Under the pieces are notes generated by a model that did not search any database, had not been told where the DNA came from, and saw only the letters and a program-made list of their open reading frames with translations. A DNA stretch of 64,000 bases from Nemertoderma westbladi (Eukaryota > Animalia > Xenacoelomorpha), in NCBI GenBank assembly GCA_032718475.1, contig JAUCBJ010008074.1, forward strand, positions 19,127 through 83,126, written 5' to 3'. Position numbers and translations under genes: made by a program. Below are positions 1 through 8,592 of the stretch, piece after piece. Numbering within the stretch: position 1 is the first letter of the stretch; each line of letters starts with the position of its first letter.

Positions 1-2194
1 TATGATGAGATAGAGGAAAGGGAGTGTAGGGAGCGTGAAGCGAGAGAGGAAAAGGAACGCGAGGAGCGTGAGGCGAGAATGGAAAAGGAACGCGAGGAGC
101 GTGAGGCGAGAATGGAAAAGGAACGCAAGGAGCGTGAGGCGGAACGCAAGGAGCGTGAGGCGGGAATGGAAAAGGAACGCAAGGAGCGTGAGGCGGGAAA
201 GGAAAAGGAACGCAAGGAGCGTGAGGCGAGAAAGGAAGAGGAACGTAAAGAGCGTGGGGCGAGACGAAGGGAGAGCATTAAGAGTGCCGCAGACTCGGCC
301 ATCAAGGACACCCAGGAGCGTGAGGGGATAGTGGCAAAGGGTGAAAAGGAGCGCAAAGAATTAAAGGAACGGCAGAGTGAGTATGCGAAAGATATAATTA
401 GAGGGACGCACGAGTTGGAATACGTGCGAGTGGGACCGCCGTCTGAAACCAGGGCCGGCTCGAGTATTTTTGAGGAGCCGAGGGCCGTAGACGTATTTGT
501 TAATACTCCACTGACAGGGACCGCGCGACAGACTCAAGACTGGTGCGACCGTACGAGCGGGGGGGGTAATAATAATAATGGTACAGTAGACGTTGTTGAT
601 ATTAATAGTACCGTATGGGATAACGCTAATCAAACCTTTATTACAGGAAATACTTTGCCTGGTGGTAGTAATTTAAATTTAAATCAGAACGATCCTAGTG
701 TTAATGTAGAAAATAATCCTAATATTGATGTAGTTACGCAAAATAATTCAAATAATCAAAATAATAACTCGAATTCGGACCTACAAAATAACTTAAATAA
801 CGCAATTACACAGAATAATTCGAATAATTCAAATAATAATCTTAGCCCGAATTTACAAAATAATTCAGATAACATAGTCGCGCAGAATAATACAAATGAC
901 TTTGTTTCAAATGAGCAAATTACTTCCGTTTCCAATATGGGTGCTATTAGTGTAGACACGTCGGGCCTACGTAACCAGGGAGCAGAGGGCCTGGTAGGCC
1001 GCGTAGTTAGTAGACAGGGAGCAGAGGGCCTGGTAGGCCACGTAGTTGGTAGACAGGGAGCAGAGGGCCTGGAAGGCCACGCAATAGCAGAGGGAGAGGC
1101 GGGGGTGAATAGACCCGACTGTGGTAGGGTTGATGTGTCGACTAGAGAGATATATAGTAGCGGGGCGAGAGGTAGCGAAGTTAGATGTAGCGAGTGGGGG
1201 GGGGCTACGAGCACCCCACAACAGAGAGTTAGCGGCGAGAGGGGGGGGGGGGGGGGCAGAGAGTGTCCCACAGCCGTCAGCGGACAATGCGAGGGCCGAA
1301 CAAGGTAAACCGCAACAACCGGCGACGGAGAGTAATAGGGGGATTGCGAGTATCCCCGGCGACGTGCGATCAAGCAGAGAAAGACAGGTTGACGTCGCGG
1401 GAGGGCAGACGGAACGTCGAGCCCGATCAGAGGAGGAAAGAAGAACAGTGGGGTTTAACCGGGAGGTCGACGAGAGATCTCGTGAGCGGGAATATTCCAC
1501 TGATAGAAGAAGAGAGGAAGAGAGTAGTAGAAGTATCGCCGCAAAAGATAGAAGAGCGAGGACGGATAGCGAGCCGTCGGTAGTCGAGATGAGAACGGAG
1601 AGTCAGTGGGGTCGGACTCCGGGAGATTGCTGTCGCCCCGGAGGGATGCGATCCGGCGAGGCGCATTACGCGCCGAGAGAGGGGTACGCGATGTATCGGT
1701 ACGAAGATGAAAACAGTGGAGAGGGGGGTCGAAGAGAAACTTTCCGACGGAATATACCTACCGATCGAGAATACGGTAGCCGCGGGGAGGATTATTCGAG
1801 AAGAATAAACTTCGATCCCGAACAACACATGCAGACTGTAGGGCACACTGTAGGTCTTACTGCACATACCGTAGGCCATACTGAGAGAGGCGATGTAGGT
1901 GATAGGATAGCGCGGACAACGGGATTAAACCCGGAAGTCGCGGAATACATACCGGCGGGTAGGCCAGAAGCTGATAGGCCTATACCGGTACCAGCACAGC
2001 AGTATGACTACAGCATGCAGGGACATAACATATACCCAGGGGAGGGGGGAATTATTGCGGATAGGTGTATGGGCCCCAACATATTAACATCAACCCCAGT
2101 ACCAGACATACCGGTGGGGGGGGACAGGGTGACATTCCCCCATCACAATATCAACAATATACCCCGACAGGAACAAGAACAACGAGACCCCTAG
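1..2194 (+). CDS. gag: N-terminal Gag region of element 1 (charged coiled-coil repeats, Asn-rich tract), split by frameshifts at poly-G runs ~1240-1256 and ~2116-2123
   Basis: Frame 1 is open from base 1 to 1308, overlaps ORF 1121-2194, which overlaps ORF 2065-7455; each overlap contains a G homopolymer. Confidence 0.65.
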
Positions 2195-5100
2195 ATGAAA
2201 ACAGGTCGTGTGATACAGACATATGGAGGGGGCCGCTACCCCCGATGACATATCCGAGTCAGAGAAGATCAAGAAGTAGGACGGACGAACCGCACCAGAC
2301 AGGGGAAACTATACAGCACCCGTCGAATCCATTAGAAGCGCAGGCAATGGGGATGGCCACGTTGATCGATGCGTTGAAAACGAGGATCGAATTACCACCC
2401 GTGGAACCGTTCAAATTCGATGGGAGCAGGCCGGAAGAATACTTACAGTTCCGGCGAATGTATAGTAACGAAATACTAACAAAAAACTTGACGCAGGCGG
2501 AGTGCCTGAAGTATCTACAAGTGTACACGGGAGGCCCAGCATACGACATCGTGAGGCAATACCAAGGAATAGAGGGCGGCTTCACGACAGCATGGCGGGC
2601 ACTGGATAGGGAATACGGGCACCCGGCCAAGATCATCAGGCAAACGCTGAGAGGCATAACATCGGGTGGCCTACAGGATAATCCCGTTAGCATTAAGACG
2701 TTTGCTAACAAAGTCGAGAAGGCGCTGATCGTGCTGAAGACGTTAGACGCGCCATACGAACTCAACGCGTCCAATAACATCACCACGATAGCGCAGGCAC
2801 TACCGAGCTGGCTGCGCAACAAATGGAGGAAGGTTGCTTTCTCCACCCGAGACAAGAAGGGTGCGGAACCAGGTTTAGAAGAAATGTCAAACTTCTTAAA
2901 TTACGAAGCTGAACTAATAACGGACCCAGTCTATAGTGAAGATAGCCTGGGAAAGGGACCAAAGACAGATCACTACAGGCCCAAACCAGAGCACAATACA
3001 TCGAACGCGCTACCGAGACTCAGGCAATCATTGCCATATGCAGCGACGCAGGGGACTGCAAGTCCACAGACAAGCGAAGATAGGACAACATCAAGGGACG
3101 GACAGGGGAACAATAACAACATGAATAAACATAACCCCAGTACGTCCAGTAGGTCAAACCCAGTCAATAAGAATAGTAGGGACTTTGGTACGAATATAAC
3201 TGCGATACGCAATGCATTGTATAAAGAGGGCTATGACCCAAAGAGCAAATGCCAGTTACACGCAAATGCGCTTCATAAAACCATGAACTGCAGGTACTGG
3301 CAGGCGCTACCGAGGCAAGACCAGATAGATTACGCGTCGAGCAATAAAATCTGCTCGCGATGTGTGAAAAGTGGACACAAGGCCAGGGAATGCCAAGAGA
3401 AACCGGTCAAGTTTGGCCAGAGGAGAGGCCAGACGATGGCAACGAGCACAGTAGGGGCGAAGAAGAGAGGAACAGTGCTACTTGGAGTAGTACCAGTACG
3501 AGTGATCGGGGAAGGCAATCGATCAGTAACAACATTAATGCTGGTTGATAGTGGAGCTGCCTTCACATTAGTTGAGGAATGGGTAGCCGAAGAAATAGGG
3601 TTGAGAACGAGGCCAAGCAGGATGGCGGTGACAACCATCTCTAGCAAAGACGAGATCCTAGAGATGAGGACAGGACGGTGCGCAATTGCAGCAGTGGCAC
3701 CAGGATGCGATTATGGGGCAACCATCGACCCCATCCAAGTAATAGAGTCAATTAACATCAATGCCAGGCGGCCAACCAACATCGAGGTCGAGCAATACAA
3801 ATTCCTGGACAACATTGACTTCTCAATCCCAGACGTGGACGTTAGGAAGGTATCCATCATAGTAGGCATGGACTGCCCAACGGCCCACGAGAGAATGCAG
3901 ACGGTCTTCGGCGAAGACAAGCAGAGCGACCCGGTGGCCATATTAACGCCATTCGGGTGGACGCTGAGTGGTCCAATTAAGAGCAAGATACCATTCAGGA
4001 TGTCGGAGACATCAGGATGCATGTTCGCGGGAACAATGCAGGAAATGGGTGACGAGGGAGCAGAGGAGCAGCTTAAAAGACTGCTCAGACAGGACTTCGA
4101 GGGACTGAAAGAGACCGGGGTCGGGACCTCGGTAGAAGACAAGCAGGCTCTACAAAGCGTGGAGGAAACGATGACGTGTGATGAGGGGCGGTATACAATA
4201 GGAATGGTGTGGAAACTACCGAAGATACCGCTACCCGATAATAGAGGGATGGTGCTCACGAGACTCCGCAAGCTGAAACAAACACTACAACGGAGCCCCG
4301 AGAAGAACGAGTACATTCACAAAACCATTAAGAAGTACGTCGAGAAAGGATGGGCCGTGGAGTTACCGGTCGACGAACCGAACACGGACAGGACATACTA
4401 CCTGCCACTCCACGTAGCTTTAGACCCAAAGAAAGGTAAACTTAGGATGGTAGTCGATGCATCGGCAAAGACCGACGGAAAGTGCTTAAACGATTACCTA
4501 CTAGAGGGCCCAAACATATACAATTCGGGCATAGAAGTACTACTTAGATTTAGGAATGGGAAACACGCCTTCACGTGTGACATAGAAGGCATGTTCAACC
4601 AAGTCCGAGTAACAGAAGAAGATAGTGACAGTCAACGCTTCTTATGGTATAACGGCGAAGAAGAACCGCCGGTAATACCAGCGTATAAGATGGTAGTACA
4701 AAATATGGGGGCCAAGTCGTCCTCGTTTACGACGACTATGGCAGTGAGAGACACGGTAAAGGGCAAGGAAGATAGATATAGCAGTAGGGCCGTCGACATG
4801 ATCAGACGCGGTTTCTACGTAGACGACGGCATGGAGTCTGGAAATACGGTTGAGGAGATACTGGAAACAGGGCGCGAGGTTCGCGACATCCTGAAAGGAT
4901 CCGGCTTCAACCTGACCAAATTCCAATCCAGTTCAGAAGAATTTATCAGGGAAATAGAAGACAAGAAACCAGAATCGACCATGGACAACCCTACAACAGC
5001 CAAAGGACAGGACATGGCGATTAAGAGAACGGAATCCCAGCAGAAGGCGTTGGGAATCGTGTGGGATAGAAAAACAGACGAACTGAAGTATCAGCTGAGC

Positions 5101-7455
5101 CAGGAGGGCGCAGACACCCATACGAAGAGGGGTTACGTATCGTATATAGCAAGGATATACGATCCCCTAGGCCTAGCATCCCCATTACTAGTCACGGGGA
5201 AACAGATACTCAAGAGAGTATATAAGTTGAAGGATGAGTGGGACGTAGAGGTACCAGAAGACATCAAGAAACAGTGGAGCAAATGGACAGGAGACTTGGA
5301 GAGGATGGGAACATACAACATGCCGCGAGTGTATTTCCCGGACGGGAACATGACGAATCTGGACCTACATATGTTCTCCGACGCGTCGTTAGAGGCATAC
5401 GGAGCGGCACTCTATTTAGTACAACGAGAGGGGCCTCACAAGCCCAGACTAGCCTTTAGCAAAGCTAAGTCAACGCCGCCAGATTCAGCATCTGTTCCCA
5501 AGTTAGAATTGACAGCCGCGAGACTAGGAGTTAGAGCCACAGCCTACCTAGTGGATACAATTCCCAACATAGTGGAGACACACTACTGGACGGACTCCAT
5601 GGTAGTGCTTGGTTGGCTACACAACGAAAAGACGAGGTACCCGATATTCGTCGCGAATAGAGTGGACGAAATAAGGGCGAGCACAGAACTGGAAAGGTGG
5701 CACTACTGCCCAACAGACGAGAACCCAGCGGACTTGCTGTCGAGGGGCGTGGAACGCCACACTTTCTTAAAGAAAGAAGCATTGTGGCAACACGGGCCAC
5801 AATTTCTGAGCGATAGGGAGGCCTGGCCGCCGATGAGGAAGGTGGACCCGGGCTCGGAAGTAGTATCAGAAGGAGAAGAGGGAGATTCAGAGGGAGAAGA
5901 GATATACTCCCAGATGGTGAGGGAGATCAGGGACGTGCAACCAGGAAGGGAACTGTGCGATAACCCGACGGATAAACTCCTCAGCTACAGTTCTAGTTGG
6001 TATAAGACCAAGAAACTAGTGGCGTACTGGAGAGCCTTTGGGAATTTCCTTGCGGGAGTCGGCAAGGACAAGAAGACCAGGACAACCATAGATCTGGAAG
6101 GAGCGGCCAAGGCAGTGATCCGCTATGAACAACGCAAGAACTACGGCGACGAGGTGGAACGTGTCGGTAACCAACAACATCTCCGACGGGATAGCGAGCT
6201 GATCACGCTGTCGCCACAACTCAACGAGGATGGGATCCTAGTAATGAATTCTAGGGTGGGATATAACAACAGTATAGTCGTACCACCGAAACCCATCATC
6301 ATTCCCACAGGATCGCCCATAGTCCACCAGATCATATGGGACTCCCACAAATCGATACTGCATGGGGGCACCAACCGAACCCTCACAGAGATAAGGAGGA
6401 CCTATTGGGTCAAACAATTAAGGAAGAAGGTGAAAGCGGTAGTGGGACAGTGTCAGACCTGCCGACGAGCGAAGAAGGAGCGAGCCGTACAGGAGATGGC
6501 GCCACTACCGGCGAGTAGGGTAAAACAGCACGACCCGCCATTTACACATTGCGGTGTGGACATGTTCGGGCCGATAAAGATCAAGGTGATGCGACACACG
6601 GAGAAACGCTACGGTATTATCTTCGTATGCAACAACACGCGGGCGGTAGGGATAGAACTCGCCCAAGATGCAACCGCATCAGCCTTCATTAACGCCTTAG
6701 AAAGGTTTAGGGACCGCAAAGGTGGGACGATCGCAGTGATATACAGCGACAACGGCACCAACTTTGTGGGCGCAGAGAGTGAGATGGCAGAGGCCTTAGA
6801 AATCTTGGAGGGAGAAGAAGTCAGGGCGGCCATGAGAAGACGACAAGTGAAGTGGGAGAGAAGGACGCCGTATGCACCACATACGTTAGGATGCGTCGAG
6901 AGACTCGTGGGCAGTTCAAAACGTCTAATGACGAAGCTGATGAACACCCACATGGTCACTGAAGACGTCTTACGGACAGTACTTGCGAAGTGCGAGGGGA
7001 TAATTAATAGCAGACCGCTATACCCGGAGAATGATGACCCTGAGTCATTAGATGTGCTGACGCCTAGCCATTTCCTCATGGAAAGGCCAGCGACCATAGA
7101 TATGCGGGGTGTAGACCCAGATGATATACACTCCCGCCAAAGTTGGAAAGTAGCTAAAGCAATTAGCGCAGAGTATTGGAGGAGGTGGGTAGAAGAATAC
7201 CTACCCACGCTCCATAAGCGAAGCAAGTGGAGGAAGCCAAATAGGGAGTTGAGAGAGGGAGATCTCGTAATCGTCACGGATGATACTATCATCAACAACC
7301 AATGGCGGTTGGCGAGAGTTGTAGGCACCTACTCCGACAGGGACGGAAGAGTCCGATCGGTAGAAGTGCGGATAGGTGGAAAGATAGGTGCGAAAGACAG
7401 AAAAACCTACAGGAGAGCAGTAGGTAAATGCTGTCTTCTAGAAGGGGCACCTTAA
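2065..7455 (+). CDS. pol: Bel/Pao Gag-Pol polyprotein (Gag core, Zn knuckles, aspartic protease, RT, RNase H, integrase)
   Basis: LPPVEPFKFDG Gag core; CSRCVKSGHKAREC; LVDSGA protease; FYVDDG RT; HMFSDAS RNase H; HGGTNRT..CQTC, GVDMFGP, YSDNGTNF integrase; C-terminal W.LARV...DGRVRSV; 1796 codons without a stop. Confidence 0.96.
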   Translation: MYGPQHININPSTRHTGGGGQGDIPPSQYQQYTPTGTRTTRPLDENRSCDTDIWRGPLPPMTYPSQRRSRSRTDEPHQTGETIQHPSNPLEAQAMGMATLIDALKTRIELPPVEPFKFDGSRPEEYLQFRRMYSNEILTKNLTQAECLKYLQVYTGGPAYDIVRQYQGIEGGFTTAWRALDREYGHPAKIIRQTLRGITSGGLQDNPVSIKTFANKVEKALIVLKTLDAPYELNASNNITTIAQALPSWLRNKWRKVAFSTRDKKGAEPGLEEMSNFLNYEAELITDPVYSEDSLGKGPKTDHYRPKPEHNTSNALPRLRQSLPYAATQGTASPQTSEDRTTSRDGQGNNNNMNKHNPSTSSRSNPVNKNSRDFGTNITAIRNALYKEGYDPKSKCQLHANALHKTMNCRYWQALPRQDQIDYASSNKICSRCVKSGHKARECQEKPVKFGQRRGQTMATSTVGAKKRGTVLLGVVPVRVIGEGNRSVTTLMLVDSGAAFTLVEEWVAEEIGLRTRPSRMAVTTISSKDEILEMRTGRCAIAAVAPGCDYGATIDPIQVIESININARRPTNIEVEQYKFLDNIDFSIPDVDVRKVSIIVGMDCPTAHERMQTVFGEDKQSDPVAILTPFGWTLSGPIKSKIPFRMSETSGCMFAGTMQEMGDEGAEEQLKRLLRQDFEGLKETGVGTSVEDKQALQSVEETMTCDEGRYTIGMVWKLPKIPLPDNRGMVLTRLRKLKQTLQRSPEKNEYIHKTIKKYVEKGWAVELPVDEPNTDRTYYLPLHVALDPKKGKLRMVVDASAKTDGKCLNDYLLEGPNIYNSGIEVLLRFRNGKHAFTCDIEGMFNQVRVTEEDSDSQRFLWYNGEEEPPVIPAYKMVVQNMGAKSSSFTTTMAVRDTVKGKEDRYSSRAVDMIRRGFYVDDGMESGNTVEEILETGREVRDILKGSGFNLTKFQSSSEEFIREIEDKKPESTMDNPTTAKGQDMAIKRTESQQKALGIVWDRKTDELKYQLSQEGADTHTKRGYVSYIARIYDPLGLASPLLVTGKQILKRVYKLKDEWDVEVPEDIKKQWSKWTGDLERMGTYNMPRVYFPDGNMTNLDLHMFSDASLEAYGAALYLVQREGPHKPRLAFSKAKSTPPDSASVPKLELTAARLGVRATAYLVDTIPNIVETHYWTDSMVVLGWLHNEKTRYPIFVANRVDEIRASTELERWHYCPTDENPADLLSRGVERHTFLKKEALWQHGPQFLSDREAWPPMRKVDPGSEVVSEGEEGDSEGEEIYSQMVREIRDVQPGRELCDNPTDKLLSYSSSWYKTKKLVAYWRAFGNFLAGVGKDKKTRTTIDLEGAAKAVIRYEQRKNYGDEVERVGNQQHLRRDSELITLSPQLNEDGILVMNSRVGYNNSIVVPPKPIIIPTGSPIVHQIIWDSHKSILHGGTNRTLTEIRRTYWVKQLRKKVKAVVGQCQTCRRAKKERAVQEMAPLPASRVKQHDPPFTHCGVDMFGPIKIKVMRHTEKRYGIIFVCNNTRAVGIELAQDATASAFINALERFRDRKGGTIAVIYSDNGTNFVGAESEMAEALEILEGEEVRAAMRRRQVKWERRTPYAPHTLGCVERLVGSSKRLMTKLMNTHMVTEDVLRTVLAKCEGIINSRPLYPENDDPESLDVLTPSHFLMERPATIDMRGVDPDDIHSRQSWKVAKAISAEYWRRWVEEYLPTLHKRSKWRKPNRELREGDLVIVTDDTIINNQWRLARVVGTYSDRDGRVRSVEVRIGGKIGAKDRKTYRRAVGKCCLLEGAP

Positions 7456-7567
7456 ATTAGAGTTAGTGTGAAGTTTAGTCGTCCAAGTTTTGGACTGAGG
7501 GGGGTGGGATTGAGGGCGAGACACCCTTCCCACACAAATAAAATAAAATAAAACAAAAATAAATAAA

Positions 7568-8085
7568 AGTTAGTTAGTTAGTAGGTACGTAGTACCTAGA
7601 GTTAGTTAGTTAGTAGGTACGTAGTACCTAGAGTTAGTTAGTTAGTAGGTACGTAGTACCTAGAGTTAGTTAGTTAGTAGGTACGTAGTACCTAGAGTTA
7701 GTTAGTTAGTAGGTACGTAGTACCTAGTTAGAGTTAGAGGGTACGTAGTACCTAGTTAGAGTTAGAGGGTACGTAAAGCCTAGTTAGAGTTAGAGGGTAG
7801 GTAGTACCGATAGTTAGAGAGTTAGTAGGTACGTAGTACCTAGTTAGAGTTAGAGTTAGAGGGTACGTAATGCCTAGTTAGAGTTAGAGTTAGAGGGTAG
7901 GTAGTACCGATAGTTAGAGAGTTAGTAGGTACGTAGTACCTAGTTAGAGTTAGAGTTAGAGGGTACGTAATGCCTAGTTAGAGTTAGAGTTAGAGGGTAG
8001 GTAGTACCGATAGAGTTAGAGTTAGTAGGTACGTGGTACCTAGTTAGAGTTAGAGTTAGAGGGTACGTAGTACCGATAGTTAGAA
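7568..8085 (+). repeat. Tandem repeat (~25-32 bp, GTTAGTAGGTACGTAGTACCTAGA core) in the pol-ORF3 spacer
   Basis: Repeated units directly visible. Confidence 0.9.
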
Positions 8086-8592
8086 AGAGAGAGTAAGAGG
8101 TAAAAGGGGTAAAAAAAAATAGGATATAGATATTAGATAGCAGTAAGTAGAGTTAGTAGCGAGAGGGGGGCATATGAGTGCAGCTGGATAAATCGTGTGG
8201 CCACACGACGCATACGGCTGTACTGCATAGGCCCACTGAGTAGGCCAGAATATGGATCAGAGAGAGAATAGAATAAATCCATAGGCAGTAGTAAGTAGTA
8301 GGACAGTAGAATCAAAGAAAAATAAATAAATAAATAGAATAGGGCTAAAATCGGAAAATAGTGGTAACACAAGGAAAGTCGTTCTAGAACATAATAAAAG
8401 TAACGGACGGAAATTGTAAATTAGGCTGATTTACTAGCTCCGAAATTAATTAGATTAAATTAAGCTTGAAAGGCGCAGTTAAGTAGAAAAGCAGGCCATT
8501 ATCGAACTGTAAGAAACATCTTAGTACATCACTCATCTGTATTGCGCCTTGGTAAGGCACCACCCTACAGGTGAGCGAGTGTAGTGTTCGGA

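Noticed and set aside
1240-2123. Programmed ribosomal frameshifting in gag
   Set aside because: Pure G runs in opposite directions with no evident stimulatory structure; homopolymer error or slippage is simpler
7568-8085. TTAG/TTAGAG runs as telomeric repeats
   Set aside because: Not tandem TTAGG/TTAGGG; internal to the retroelement
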